This document shows positions 1-12,235 of a stretch of DNA of 64,000 nt, in pieces. A program made the position numbers and the translations under genes. The notes below the pieces were generated by a model that was given only the letters and a program-made list of their open reading frames with translations, was not told where the DNA came from and made no database searches. Source of the stretch: Flectonema sp. DT1601. Lineage: Eukaryota. How positions within the stretch are numbered: the first letter of the stretch is position 1; every line of letters begins with the position of its first letter. The DNA lies in the NCBI GenBank assembly GCA_964019425.1, contig OZ025782.1, positions 372,001 through 436,000 on the forward strand, given 5' to 3'.

Positions 1-2573
1 CTTAATTTCAGTTTAGCCATCAGCTGTCTTGCTTGTGTAGTGGCTTTCTCTTCTCCTTCTCTGGAGTTATTCAGTTCCTGTTGTAGGTTTCTTATTGTCG
101 CGTTTGCCGATTGCAAATCAGCTTTCAGATTGTTGTCAGATGATTCCCTCAGTATTCTGTTCTCCTTCTCTAACTCTTCCAGTCTCATAAGGAGTTCAGA
201 AGTAACTTTAGTACTACCAGCTAACGAAGGTTGCTCTGCTGTATTCTTCCTCGAGAGTGCTATGGAGCCAGCTAACGAAGGTTGCTCGGGTGTGTTTCTT
301 TGAGAAGTGGCCTTAGTACTGCCAGCTAATGAAGCTCGCTCTGCCGTATTCTTCCTCGAGAGTCCTGCTGTGGAACCAGCTAACGAAGGCTGTTCAGGTG
401 TGTTTCTTTGAGAAGTGGCCTTAGTACTGCCAGCTAGCGAAGCTCGCTCTGCTGTATTCTTCCTCGAGAGTCCTGCTGTGGAACCAGCTAACGAAGGCTG
501 TTCAGGTGTGTTTCTTTGAGAAGTGGCCTTAGTACTGCCAGCTAATGAAGCTCGCTCTGCCGTATTCTTCCTCGAGAGTCCTGCTGTGGAACCAGCTAAA
601 GAAGGCTGTTCAGGTGTGTTTCTATGAGAAGTGGCCTTAGTACTGCCAGCTAAAGAAGGTTGCTCTGCCGTATTCTTCCTCGAGAGTCCTGCTGTGGAAC
701 CAGCTAAAGAAGGCTGTTCAGGTGTGTTTCTTTGAGAAGTGGCCTTAGTACTGCCAGCTAGCGAAGCTCGCTCTGCTGTATTCTTCCTCGAGAGTCCTGC
801 TGTGGAACCAGCTAACGAAGGCTGTTCAGGTGTGTTTCTTTGAGAAGTGGCCTTAGTACTGCCAGCTAATGAAGCTCGCTCTGCTGTATTCTTCCTCGAG
901 AGTCCTGCTGTGGAACCAGCTAAAGAAGGCTGTTCAGGTGTGTTTCTTTGAGAAGTGGCCTTAGTACTGCCAGCTAATGAAGCTCGCTCTGCTGTATTCT
1001 TCCTCGAGAGTCCCGCTGTGGAGCCAGCTAAAGAAGGTTGCTCAGGTGTGTTTCTTTGAGAAGTAGTTCCAAGTGAAGGTTGCTCAGGAGTAGCAGTCTT
1101 ACCAACACTGCCAGACAGTAATAGAGATTGTGTTGTATCAATGTCTTCTACAGTTGGTGAATGTTTTGAATTTATAAAAGATGGAGGTGGTGGGTTCGGT
1201 CCACTCGAGGAATACTGCGAAAGCTGTTTTGCACCTCCCGTCAAAAACTGTTGCTCGGGTGTGTGTTGTGAATTACTCTGAGTTAAAAGTTTATCACTAA
1301 CGTGAACTGAAAACATCTCCTCTTCCTCTCGCTGTCTTTGAAGATCTCTTTCTTTAACCGACGCTGTTAGTTCTGGCACCTCAACAGGTTCAGCAGAGAT
1401 GGGAGGATTTGGAATCGGGTCAGCTGATTCTGGGCTGGCCTCTCTCAATATCGCGAGGCCATCCATTGGGAATGCCATTTCAGTGTGGTCGACAGCAGCA
1501 TTTAATATATTGAGACCAGCGCCTTCCTCCAGCGTCTGAATGACATCTGCGCCCTGCATTGAGAACAGCTGCTGCTCTTCCACCTGACGTGCGCTCTCTC
1601 GTTCTTTCATCGACGCCGTTAGTTCTGGCACCTCAACGGGTTCAGCAGAGATGGGAGGATTTGGAATCGGGTCAGCTGATTCTGGACTGGCCTCTCTCAA
1701 TATCGCGAGGCCATCCATTGGGAATGCCATCTCCGTGTGGTCGACAGCAGCATTTAATATATTGAGACCAGCGCCTTCCTCCAGCGTCTGAATGACATCT
1801 GCACCGTGCATTGAGAACATCTGCTGCTCTTCTTCTTGACGCGTGCTCTCTCGTTCTTTAACCGACGCCGTTAGTTCTGGCACCTCAACAGGTTCAGCAG
1901 AGATGGGAGGATTTGGAATCGGGTCAGCTGATTCTGGGCTGGCCTCTCTCAATATCGCGAGGCCATCCATTGGGAATGCCATCTCCGTGTGTTCGACAGC
2001 AGCATTTAATATATTGAGACCAGCACCTTCCTCCAGCGTCTGAATGACATCTGCGCCCTGCATTGAGAACATCTGCTGCTCCTCTACCTGACGTGTGCTC
2101 TCTCGTTCTTTCATCGACGCCGTTAGTTCTGGCACCTCAACGGGTTCAGCAGAGATGGGAGGATTTGGAATCGGGTCAGCTGATTCTGGACTGGCCTGTC
2201 TCAATATCGCGAGGCCATCCATTGGGAATGTCATTTCCTGTGTAGGTTGTGGTACATTAATGTCAGGTAATGGACTGGCATTTCGTAGTATCGAAAGGCC
2301 CTCCATCTCGTTAGGTTCCGGACTGGCGGCTCTCAGTATTGAAAGACCTTCACCATGACAAACCTCAACTTTAGCCATCTCATTTATGCCTTTCATTTGA
2401 AATAGTTCATTGTCCTCTCTGACAGTGTCTGTGACTGTACTTCCAAGTGTCACAATCGGTCTCTCAATTTCTAATTGAGTTTCTGCAGGTTCGATTCCCA
2501 CACCCGGACTGGCTTCATGAAGTACAGAAATACCCGACATCTGAAATAGCTCGTCGGGTGAGCTATCTGTCAT
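1..2573 (-). CDS. Repeat-rich protein with coiled coil; 3' end runs out of the window
   Basis: Absent from the ORF track because there is no stop in the window. Manual translation from ATG 2573 (MTDSSPDELFQMSG...) stays in frame through 84-aa repeats and 36-aa repeats into a coiled coil (ELLMRLEELEKENRILRE...) at the window edge. Confidence 0.85.
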   Translation of the reverse strand, partial: MTDSSPDELFQMSGISVLHEASPGVGIEPAETQLEIERPIVTLGSTVTDTVREDNELFQMKGINEMAKVEVCHGEGLSILRAASPEPNEMEGLSILRNASPLPDINVPQPTQEMTFPMDGLAILRQASPESADPIPNPPISAEPVEVPELTASMKERESTRQVEEQQMFSMQGADVIQTLEEGAGLNILNAAVEHTEMAFPMDGLAILREASPESADPIPNPPISAEPVEVPELTASVKERESTRQEEEQQMFSMHGADVIQTLEEGAGLNILNAAVDHTEMAFPMDGLAILREASPESADPIPNPPISAEPVEVPELTASMKERESARQVEEQQLFSMQGADVIQTLEEGAGLNILNAAVDHTEMAFPMDGLAILREASPESADPIPNPPISAEPVEVPELTASVKERDLQRQREEEEMFSVHVSDKLLTQSNSQHTPEQQFLTGGAKQLSQYSSSGPNPPPPSFINSKHSPTVEDIDTTQSLLLSGSVGKTATPEQPSLGTTSQRNTPEQPSLAGSTAGLSRKNTAERASLAGSTKATSQRNTPEQPSLAGSTAGLSRKNTAERASLAGSTKATSQRNTPEQPSLAGSTAGLSRKNTAERASLAGSTKATSQRNTPEQPSLAGSTAGLSRKNTAEQPSLAGSTKATSHRNTPEQPSLAGSTAGLSRKNTAERASLAGSTKATSQRNTPEQPSLAGSTAGLSRKNTAERASLAGSTKATSQRNTPEQPSLAGSTAGLSRKNTAERASLAGSTKATSQRNTPEQPSLAGSIALSRKNTAEQPSLAGSTKVTSELLMRLEELEKENRILRESSDNNLKADLQSANATIRNLQQELNNSREGEEKATTQARQLMAKLKL
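195..1075 (-). repeat. Coding tandem repeat, 108-bp unit, ~8 copies (TSQRNTPEQPSLAGSTAGLSRKNTAERASLAGSTKA)
   Basis: tgagaagt recurs at 301, 409, 517, 625, 733, 841, 949 and 1057. Confidence 0.95.
1330..2235 (-). repeat. Coding tandem repeat, 252-bp (84-aa) unit, ~3.5 copies
   Basis: Near-identical blocks at 252-bp spacing (e.g. 1843 vs 2095, 1559 vs 2063). Confidence 0.95.
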
Positions 2574-2734
2574 CGTTTTTTGATATTTTTTTTTTTTTTT
2601 TTTAATGATGTATTTGGGTACTTATTTGAGAAATGACAATAAAAAAAAAATCAAAAAAAAAAAAATTCACACAAAAAAACCTGAACATAATACAAAAAAT
2701 AACAATAAAAATAAAACAAATTTTTTTCTGGTAA

Positions 2735-3802
2735 CTACGCGCGAAACAAAAATCTTAATGGATCTTTTGGTCTGCTTGTACTTTGACTTTTTGGAGAGTA
2801 TTTACTCGATTCTTTTGATTTACTGTTTGCAAATTTGTTATTGGTTTCGAAAACTTGTTTGTGCAAATCCATAACAATATCATGTCCTGCTGTTCTTCTA
2901 CTTCTTGGCGATGCTTTAATAGTTGGTCGTGGTGATGGTATACTTGAGGATATAGTCCTACGAGACGGGATTATTCTATCAGAAGAAGCAATGGACGCAC
3001 CTCCCAATGCAATTGGGCTTTGATATGGCGAGTCAATCGTTATAGATTTTCTTCCAGCTAAGTAATTTGGTGTGATTCCTCTTTGTTCACATTGCAGTTG
3101 GATGTCGTTTAGATGTAATTCTTGGAAATCGTATAGTTTGGTTCGACGGACGTGAGCGTGTTTTAGTGCTTTGAGACGCTGAAGTTCTAAGGCAAGTGAT
3201 CGTCTGACTTCTTCAATTTCCAGATGGATTCTTTCTTCTTTGAGGAGATGTTCATTAGTGTTAACAACATCATCATCTCGTAGCTCGCATGCTTGGTTGT
3301 GCCAAATGACTTCGTTGTTATCGAGGTGTCGTTCCAGTTCGAGAATGTCAGCACAAAAATCATCTTCTTCTCTTTTCAACTTAATCTCTTGATTTTTAGA
3401 AACAACTTGAGCTTCTACTTCCAAATACTGTTTTTCAGTGTCGAGTTCATTTATTTTAGCTTTTATCTCCGCCTTCCTCTTCCTGACAGTTCTGAAATTA
3501 TTTTTTGCTTCGTTATTTTCACGTTTTTTTCTCGTGGCATCTTTGATCCAATAATCACGTCTCTTACGTTGTTCAATTACTTCTGTAACTATTTGATCAT
3601 TTGTCATGCGAGAGATTTCTGCATCGGTCGGTGGTTTCTTGTAATAATCAATATTGTCGACTTCTTCTTGAGGGTCATCAAGAGGATCTATGATTGGTTC
3701 TTCTTCTTGCTTCTTCTTCTTTTTCTTTTTTTTATCTCCATTTGGAGGTTGAGTTGTTTCCGTCGGTGACGGTTCAGGTTCAGGTTCAGGTATGTCAGAC
3801 AT
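2735..3802 (-). CDS. Hypothetical coiled-coil protein
   Basis: Long ORF. The likely start is MSDIPEPEPEP at 3802, since the upstream extension is homopolymer-derived. Charged helical centre, Ser/Pro/Arg-rich tail. Confidence 0.8.
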   Translation of the reverse strand: MSDIPEPEPEPSPTETTQPPNGDKKKKKKKKQEEEPIIDPLDDPQEEVDNIDYYKKPPTDAEISRMTNDQIVTEVIEQRKRRDYWIKDATRKKRENNEAKNNFRTVRKRKAEIKAKINELDTEKQYLEVEAQVVSKNQEIKLKREEDDFCADILELERHLDNNEVIWHNQACELRDDDVVNTNEHLLKEERIHLEIEEVRRSLALELQRLKALKHAHVRRTKLYDFQELHLNDIQLQCEQRGITPNYLAGRKSITIDSPYQSPIALGGASIASSDRIIPSRRTISSSIPSPRPTIKASPRSRRTAGHDIVMDLHKQVFETNNKFANSKSKESSKYSPKSQSTSRPKDPLRFLFRA

Positions 3803-4027
3803 AATTTTAGTTTTTTGTTTTGTTTTGTTTAAAAAAAAAAAAAAAAAAAAAAAAAACGCTGTGCGAGGTGAGAAAATAAAATAAAACTTCACACTAAAAA
3901 TAGATAGTTTTTTTTTTTATTTTAATAATTAATAAATAAACAATAATTATTTTCATCCGTCTCTCTCATTAGTAGAATCGTATCGTTCTATGAATAATTG
4001 ACATCTTGTAGTAAGAGAGACAATTCG

Positions 4028-5236
4028 TTATATTGGTGCCGCATGACTATAATTATAACCCCCACGTGACTGCAATTTTTGCCGACGCTGCAACTGCCGG
4101 CGTTTCTGTTCCCTCTCATCCAACGTATTCTTTTTCCAATTTACGTAACCTCCTTGGGCAAAAACCTTGAAATTACTCTTAGCAGGGAGTAAACCAAAAA
4201 TTTTCATTTCTGCTGCGATGTGACCGGTATCGAACCCTCGTAAGATGAACCTACCAAGTTGTTTTTTAAAATAACGTTCTGAAATTTGAGCAGCAAGTCT
4301 CATGAAAACCACATTCACAAATCTATCTTTAGACATCTTTCCTCTATCAGTGAGTGCTTCACATATGCTCAGCATGTAGTCCTTTTCTGACTGGGGGCTT
4401 TCCTTATAGTGTTTGACACAAAACTGAATAACGTGCCCATATGTAACAGTCTGGAACTGAATTCCATTTTTTTTTGCAGTTTGAAGTATTTCGATAGTTT
4501 TATAAATATTGTCATCGCAGCTGAGGTGGACGAAGATCAATGCTTTATATAATTTGGGTGGCTTTACTGGAGCAGAGTCAAAAAATTCATGCGCCTTTGA
4601 AATGTTATTTTCTTTTGCACAAAGTCCCATGAGAGGTTCTAAAATAAACTCCGTGTCAGTTGGGATACCAAGTTTTTTCATTTCTGGCAGAATCTTTTCC
4701 TCAGCAACAGATAACGTGACGGTTCTTAACAAAATGGCATACAAAAAACTGTCTGGTGCTACCCGTCGTCGAAGCGCTTCTTCATAAGCGTCCCAAGCAG
4801 CTGGAAAATCTTTTACTGCATGTTGACATCTTATAACCTCAGTAAAAGAGATAACGTCTGGAAGGATGTTCTGGTTTTCCATTAATGAAAAGATTTCAGC
4901 TTGACCACGTGGATCTTTAACAGCTGAATAGGCTCTCAATGCGGTATTCAATACTTTTTTTGTCAATAGATGATTTTTATTTTTCTTAACGAATCCTTCA
5001 AAAACAAGAGTTGCTGTCAACGGCGCTTCTAATGTCAACATTCCCTTCAATAACGCATCAGCCGATTTATAGCCGAACTCCCCATGCCCTTGATCTTTTA
5101 ATTTATGATACATGCCTAACACTTTACGAAATGCCATTTGGTCACCCCTACTTTTCAAACCCAGAGCATATTCTTGTATTTTTTTTGAGAATCCGAGGTC
5201 AGTCAGCAGTTCTGGAATGCAACGTTTGGCTGGCAT
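4028..5236 (-). CDS. Pentatricopeptide repeat (PPR) protein
   Basis: 402-aa ORF with PPR-like motifs (LNTALRAYS...IFSLMENQNILPDVISFTEVIR; VAPDSFLYAILL; TVTYGHVIQFC). Confidence 0.8.
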   Translation of the reverse strand: MPAKRCIPELLTDLGFSKKIQEYALGLKSRGDQMAFRKVLGMYHKLKDQGHGEFGYKSADALLKGMLTLEAPLTATLVFEGFVKKNKNHLLTKKVLNTALRAYSAVKDPRGQAEIFSLMENQNILPDVISFTEVIRCQHAVKDFPAAWDAYEEALRRRVAPDSFLYAILLRTVTLSVAEEKILPEMKKLGIPTDTEFILEPLMGLCAKENNISKAHEFFDSAPVKPPKLYKALIFVHLSCDDNIYKTIEILQTAKKNGIQFQTVTYGHVIQFCVKHYKESPQSEKDYMLSICEALTDRGKMSKDRFVNVVFMRLAAQISERYFKKQLGRFILRGFDTGHIAAEMKIFGLLPAKSNFKVFAQGGYVNWKKNTLDEREQKRRQLQRRQKLQSRGGYNYSHAAPI

Positions 5237-6534
5237 GGTGTCAGCTGCAATCCATTTTTTTTTAAATTATTTAAAGACTGTTCAATAAAATAACTATTTG
5301 AATTACGACAGTTCAATCACGCCGTGATGTTAGGATCGTAGTGTAGTCTCATTAGTAGTTCTTCTCCTTTCAGTTGCAATATCTGATTGTGAATAATGAG
5401 GGGGGAAAATAATAAAGTTTTATGAGGGAAGGGAAAAAAAAAAGGATTCGTGACTCTGCTTAGGCTGCGAGTTAAACTAGGAAGAAGAAAATAAAAAATG
5501 TTTCTTTCTTTCCATAGATTACAAACTACGTAGTCAAAACTAACCTGTACGAGTTAGTTATTGACAACGCTGTCTGCATTGAAAAACATCAGCAAAAAAA
5601 AACAGCAGGAAAAAAAAAGAAAATCCTATTAGCTAAAACAGAATACGGTGGGTTAAAAAAATAAAAAAACGTTTTTTTTTTAAATGGTCTAAAAAAAAGG
5701 TTGTTTTTCACCCTTTTTTTTTTCCTCAAAAAAAATAAATAAGCCTAGAGAGCGATCAACACACCCCTGGCAATGATGTTAATAGTTTTCGAGTAAAAAA
5801 AAAGGGCACAACTTACAACAGAAGGAAGATGAAATATATTGAATCTCAGATTGAGATACCAGAAAACAATCCAATACTAATTAACGTCAACGACACGACT
5901 ATCAGGAAGAGAAAGTTGGGTATCGACTGTGAGACTCTCACAGTCGATAAGAGACGTGGATTGATCAAAAGTAAATGACTACTCAACAAGACCCGCTGCA
6001 TACACGAAACAGGCAGTGTAACAGAGACGATATGCATAAGCTTTCCTTCGATAGATCAATAGTGGTATCATAAATCAGAAAAAAAGAAGAAGAGAAAAAA
6101 AAGTGACGACACCTTTTTGAATGTGTAATCGTCCCTGCAGTAGATCCGGACGTGACTATGAATTTTCTTGTTTGGGTACCAAGAAAAGAAAAAAATACAA
6201 TTGTCCGACAGTTCTTGTTAATTTGGATTCCCTTTTTTATTTTTATTTTTATTGTTTCAGAAGGAAAAATAACTACTCCTGCCTTACTAACAACTTTAAA
6301 AGAAAAAAAAGTAAAAAAAAACGAGTTTATTACCAACTCAGTAACATAAACTGATGGTTGGATTCTTAGACAGATGGTCTTGTAGGTCTTTTCATACAAA
6401 ACAAAAAGAAAATTTAAACGTTCCTCTTTTTTTTTTTGTTGCAGTTATTCCAAAGAACAACAAATGAAAGAAGGTCTCGTCCAGATTGGTTTTTCAACTC
6501 GAGCGCAAGGGACTAACTTAAACCGTGATTCAAT

Positions 6535-6717
6535 TTTTATTTATTTACGAAGCCTAGGAGCCAAAAGCCAGGAAAAGCTCAGCAGGGTAACAGTTAGATC
6601 GCTACCAGCCAACCGTGAGACTCTCACAGATAATAAGAGACTTAGAATAACCTGGAACAAATGACTACCTAAACCCACCGCCCGCGGGAGCAGACAGTGT
6701 TAGAGACGGCTGATAAC
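6535..6717 (-). mobile_element. SINE-like family A copy (~180 bp, (TAAA)n tail on minus strand)
   Basis: Near-identical to 9775-9967, 12048-12235 and 55596-55740. Shares the gagacggctgataac end with the 9775 copy. Confidence 0.75.
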
Positions 6718-6743
6718 TACAATGCTTTATAGGATCTTTGGGA

Positions 6744-6777
<34 letters not shown>

Positions 6778-9088
6778 CTCATCAGGGATTCAATTTAAAC
6801 CGACAGGTCTCATAAAGTACACCAACAAGTAGCTGTGTTGGTTAGCTTTGCAGCATACAATTGACGTTTTCCTGATTTGGAAAAAAAAAAAAAAAAAAAA
6901 AAAACGAATTAGTTTTTCATCACAATACTTTCCCTTTTTTTAAAAAGAAATTCGAATTTCCGTCGTGTTTTTTTCTTCAAAAATAACAAAAAAATAACAA
7001 AAAAAAAATATAATTACGTCACATTTTAGGACACATTTTAGATTTTGTGATCCCAACCACCAATAAAAAGTACAAAAATTCCTTCCATAAAACATAACTT
7101 CCTAATAAAAAGTAATAATAGCACACATCACATAAATATAAAAGTAGCACAACGCTTTCACAAGAAAGTTATTTCATTTTAACAAAAATTCCAGAAAGTT
7201 AATGACTAGTAAAAAAGCTCACAAAGACAGTGAGATCCATACTGAGTCAGTCAGTCTAAGAAGAAGGAAAAAAAAAAAAAAAAAAGAACAAGAAAAAATA
7301 GAAACAGATAAAAAAAAAAATTTTTTTTGCAGCTTTAATTTTTTTTTGTTTGACAAAACGAGAGAAGTAACTCCAGAAAAAATAAGGAAAATGGAAAACA
7401 ACTTTGTTTCTTATTTTATATTATTTATTTTTTTTTTTTTTAAAACAGATTTCCGAAACGGGATCACCTACCTGTCAAACAAGTCTCAAAATCGCTTGAC
7501 ATGCGAGAGAGAATTATTCATTTATCGAAGTCAGGGAAGCCAAACCTCCGGAGAACCTCACAGGGAACCACAATCGGTACCACAACTGTGAGATTTTAGT
7601 TGTGTTTAGTATGCTACAAAATCAAAAAAAAAAAAAAAAAAAAGTTTTTTTGCAAAAAAGGTTAGGAAAGGTAAATATACTTGTTTTTTTTTTGAGGTCT
7701 TACACACTTAAAAGAAAACTAAAAAGAAAACTGATACTAAGCTGTCAGTGACAGCATAATATATAGACATGATTGCAAAAGGAAGGAAGGTAGAAGAAGC
7801 AATGGATACAGCTAAGTGCCTGTTTGCAAATAACAATAAATCTCATTTTTTACTTACAGAAAGAAGAGAGAAAAAAAAAAACACTTTTTCGCTGTTGCGT
7901 TCCATCACTTGTTTTTTTTTTTTTTTTTTTTTTTTTCCCGCCGTTGTTTTGCCATAACATTTTTGACTGATAAACAATCGGCTTCTTAGGTTCCCAAGAC
8001 TGTTGATTGCCATTGTGATCCTTGGCTTTCGAGTTTCCAACACCAGCACCAGAGAGCCCCATGGTGACAAAGTAAAACGAATTTTTCCACAACAGCGGGG
8101 GAAAAAAAAAACTTTTTTTGGTGTGGACAAACAGAGGAAAAGTTTAAAACAAAAAAGAAGAGCGGGAAAAAAAAATAAAAATAAATAACCCCCCCGACAA
8201 CTATGAATAACTAAAGCTTGATCCTACGAATCGACTTAAAGACGAACTTGGATTATTAGCCTTTAAAGGAAAGCTGTTGCAATTGGGCCTTTAGCACCAG
8301 CAGATTGCTTAGGATTTGGGAACCATCACCACCATCCATACCGTTTAAGAAAGACAAATAAAATAATAAGCTACTCGACCCCTATCTCATCCTCAACAGA
8401 GTCTTCCCAAGAAAAAAGAACGAAGGGAGGTGAGGGGAAAAAAAAAATAATAATAATCGAGCCTCATCTTACAACGCTGATTCTAGTTAACAGGGAATAT
8501 AAAAAATAAAATAAAAAAACAGCGAACGATTGATTCTTTCTCTTTGTAGCCATCCGTAAAAAAAAGGCAGCAGTTACAACCCAAGACCCTCATGCCCGAA
8601 GCAAATGGGAAAGAACAATCGAAAGGAAAAAACAAAATTAAATAAAAAGTACATGAGATTTTTTTTAGCTTGGGAAAGAGAAGATAATTGTTAACACTAT
8701 TTTAATATTATTTCGTTCTTTAGAACATTTTGCGTTGGATTCTTAAACAGATATCGTTGTGGAATAAGTTAAAAAGGGAATAAAAAAGCAAAAAAAAAAT
8801 TTTTTTTTACAAGGACAAGAACAAGGGAACTTTAAGAGCATTTAAGCAGAACTCTTACTTTATTTTCCCAAAGGAAGAGAGAGAGAGAGAAAAAAAAAAC
8901 GTACATTTATTAACGCGATTATCAAAACGACTAGCCTTGACGCGTAATGTCCTGTACAATAATCGAAATTAAAAAAAAAATAAAATAAAAAAACTAACTT
9001 TTTAGTTAGTATTAATAATTATCAGTCAATCAAAAAAAAAAAAAAAAAAGGCAAAATTTCGTAGGACGACAAACTAACTACTTGTTAG

Positions 9089-9275
9089 CAAGTCCATCAG
9101 ACCACCGAGTATCGGTTAGGTAGACACTCAAAGAGTACCGGGTGGCTCTTCTGAGGGTCCCCGATACTGCGGTAGGTAGGAAGAACCTCATCCCGGGGGA
9201 TTATTTTTATGGGGGTGTTAGTTAGTTATCAAGTCCATCAGACCACCGAGTACCGGTTAGGATAGACACTCAAAG
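9089..9275. repeat. Direct repeat pair, ~46 bp (caagtccatcagaccaccgagta...gacactcaaaga)
   Basis: Copies start at 9089 and 9230. Confidence 0.85.
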
Positions 9276-9306
9276 AACCTTTTAGTCTCGTTGGCATTTA
9301 TTACTC

Positions 9307-9345
<39 letters not shown>

Positions 9346-9774
9346 CTTGTTGTATCAAATAATTATAAAAATAGTCCATACCGCGAAGCCGCGAAACCTC
9401 CAACTCTAGCATGATTAAAAAAAAAAAAAATCACAATCAAGATAAAATAGTTGATGGAAGAACTATTTAAACACGCGTGTGTATTACTCCGAGAAAGTAC
9501 ACAAAAAGAACATTCATCACACACTGTGGAGGTTTTCGAACTACCCAAATAGAAGACACTTTTATCGACAATATTCAGTCCAGCAGCTACAAAAAATTTC
9601 AAATGTCAACCTGAGCCAAGTGAAAGAACACAAAAAAACGCAAAGCGACGGTTTTTAAAGGGGCGGAAGTAAAGTAAAAGCTCAGATAGGCTTTTTTTTT
9701 GTTTTTGTTTTTGTTTTTATGTTTTTTTTTGTTTTTTTTCTCGCAACGAGCAAGACCACGAGAGCCAACTCAAC

Positions 9775-9967
9775 ATTTATTTATTTATTTATTTATTTAC
9801 GAAGCCTTAGGAAGGCAAGGAAAAAGCTCAACAGGGTAAACAGTTATATTGCTACCAGCCAACCGTGAGACTCTCACAGATAATAAGAGACTTAGAATAA
9901 CCTGGAACAAATGACTACCTAAACCCACCGCCCACGTGAGCAGACAGTGTTAGAGACGGCTGATAAC
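9775..9967 (-). mobile_element. SINE-like family A copy
   Basis: (ttta)n run followed by the family A body. Confidence 0.75.
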
Positions 9968-10064
9968 GCCAATTTTCGTCAAAAAGAGGGAGAACACCTC
10001 AGAACTCCTCAAATCATTACATCAAATTATCTAAAAAAAAAAAAATTATACCGAACTTAGTCGG

Positions 10065-10157
10065 AAACTATTCAGATTGAAACCCGATATTTCTTATGGG
10101 TTATATCTCTTGACAGGTTTCTGTCTCCGCTCAAGTAGGCTAAAATCTGAATAGTTT
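10065..10157. repeat. 93-bp segment bounded by a perfect 14-bp inverted repeat (possible tiny MITE)
   Basis: AAACTATTCAGATT at 10065-10078 and AATCTGAATAGTTT at 10144-10157. Related left-end sequence recurs near 19410 and 58400. Confidence 0.5.
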
Positions 10158-10980
10158 ATGTATCTTTCCGTCAAAAACTATTCCTGAAACACAATAGACG
10201 AGGTTTCTTATACAAAACCGCATTCAATCAAATTGCGAACAGAAAAAATACTTTAGAATAGCTTAGAGGGCAATTACGTTTTTTTTTTTTTTTTCTTGTT
10301 TTTTGAAGGATGAGCCTAATGAACAAATAGAAAAAAGAAAAAAATAAAGAAATTTTAAAAAAGATGAGAGGAACAAAAGGTTTTTGTTAAACTTAACAGA
10401 AAAAAAAAGAATTTTGAAATACGAAAGAGAAAAAAAAGAAGTATGTGTATTTTTGCAAATTCTTACATCCCTCAGAGTTCTGATGCACCGCGACAAACAA
10501 CTTCAATTTATTTTGGTTTTGTTCATTTTTTTTTTTTTTTCCCCTTTCCTTTTTTTTTTTTTTCTCCTAGAGAAGAACTACAGCACATGTATGAGCCGCA
10601 TACTCAGAGGAGAAGCAAGAAAAAAAAAAAAGAAGGGGGAAAAAAAATTATAATAAAAGGAAATTCCTTATGCAAGTGAGACAGTGCTGTGAGGTACGCA
10701 AATTGCACAAAAATAACTACTGAAAATGTGACAACGGTAGCACATTTTGTCACAACCAACTAAAAACAATAATAATTCCCGTGAAAGACAAAATGTTCAA
10801 TTTTTGTGCGTAAAATACAAATGCATTGCATAAACAACATAGCGATAATTTAACATTAGTTTTAGATACAGTGACTAAGGCTAATGTTAGTGTTTTTAGA
10901 AGAGTGTTTTTTGCATGACACACATACACATAGCCTATTAATTTTTATATAACAAGATCATTACTACTGCGAAACGCGAG

Positions 10981-11015
<35 letters not shown>

Positions 11016-11193
11016 GTTATAAAAAAAGAAACAGTGGGGAAAAAAAAAACCACAATTGTACTATTTTAACAAAAGTTACAGAAGCCTTAATCTAATTATC
11101 ACAGTAAGGTTCTCTTTACATAAGCTATATCTGAATTCAGAACCTGGTCAGTCTTGTGGGACTCGTCAATGTGGTTGCGACTTACTTCTTACC

Positions 11194-11315
11194 AACCTCA
11201 GCAGTTGAAGACCTACGTGCTGAACTTAAGCATATCACTCAGCACAGGAAAAGAAAGCAACAGCGAGTGAACAGGGAACAGCCCAAGCCTGAATCCGAAA
11301 GGAATTGTGGTGCAA
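11194..11315 (+). pseudogene. Dispersed fragment of the 5' end of cytosolic LSU (28S) rRNA
   Basis: gctgaacttaagcatatcactcagcacaggaaaagaaagcaac...gcgagtgaacagggaacagccc...tgaatc matches the conserved eukaryotic LSU 5' end. An internal segment appears deleted. Confidence 0.85.
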
Positions 11316-11794
11316 GCTAGGTGTGATTTTAAACAAATAAAAAAAACATAACTAACAATTTTTTATTTTTTTTAGAAAATATTTAGTTAATAAGTCATAG
11401 TAGGTAGACATTTATACAGCAGCCTCTAGTGTTCGTGTGATTCGTATTATATTCAACGGGTCAAAAGATCAGAGGGGGAAAAAAAAAAAAAGACACGTGG
11501 AGGATAACAGTTATTCAGTATAAAACAACCGCCAGACCCCTCACTAAGTTGTTTAATAAACGACTAAAGGGGAAGAAACAACAAAGAAACAATAAAAATT
11601 TAACTGATTTGCTACAATTAGCTTGTGAGTGGACACTCTCCACTGAGATCCCTACCCGCAGCGTTAGAATTACAGCAATTTTTTTTTTTTTTTTTTAAAA
11701 CAAGTCAGAATGGAAGAGAGAAGTGTCTAACCGACAGCTATTTGTTTATTAAGCCAGTCGTTTTTTTTGTTTTTTGTACCTACAAACCTATTGT

Positions 11795-11890
11795 TCGGTA
11801 GAAAGAGAATTGTGGCAGCGTATACTAACCTATTTCCTTTATTAGGATTTTGTACCTGGTTGCGCACAAACAAAACAAAAGTGTGAGTGA
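11795..11890. repeat. Dispersed repeat; inverted copy of 20303-20406
   Basis: cggtagaaagagaattgtggcagcgta...ggattttgtac is the reverse complement of sequence at 20347-20406. Confidence 0.8.
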
Positions 11891-12047
11891 GTAAGTAAAA
11901 AAGTGATGTTTTGCCGATTCTTTTTTTTAACAGTAACAACTCACCGGCAACAAAAAACCATAAAAATCGTAGTTTCAATAGGTCCATTCTTTTTATAAAA
12001 AAAAAAAAAAAAAAAAGAAGAAGAAAAACGAATATCGAAGTAGAGAC

Positions 12048-12235
12048 TTTATTTATTTTTTATTTATTTATTTACGAAGCCTTAGGAAGCCAAAAAAATC
12101 AGGAAAAGCTCAACAGGGTAAACAGTTAGATCGCTACCAGCCAACCGTGAGACTCTCACAGACGATAAGAGACGTAAAATAACCTGAAGCAAATGACTAC
12201 CTAAAGCCACCGCCCACGCGAGCAGACAGCGTAAG
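12048..12235 (-). mobile_element. SINE-like family A copy with target-site duplication
   Basis: Flanked by the direct repeat aacgaatatcgaagtagagac(tttatttattt) at 12027 and 12245. Confidence 0.8.

Noticed and set aside
195..2235. Regular repeats as a possible CRISPR array
   Set aside because: No unique spacers; these are in-frame coding repeats in a eukaryotic gene.
7055..7080. Minus-strand tgtactttttattggt resembling the euglenozoan spliced-leader 3' end
   Set aside because: Short, AT-rich and gapped; the rest of the leader is absent.
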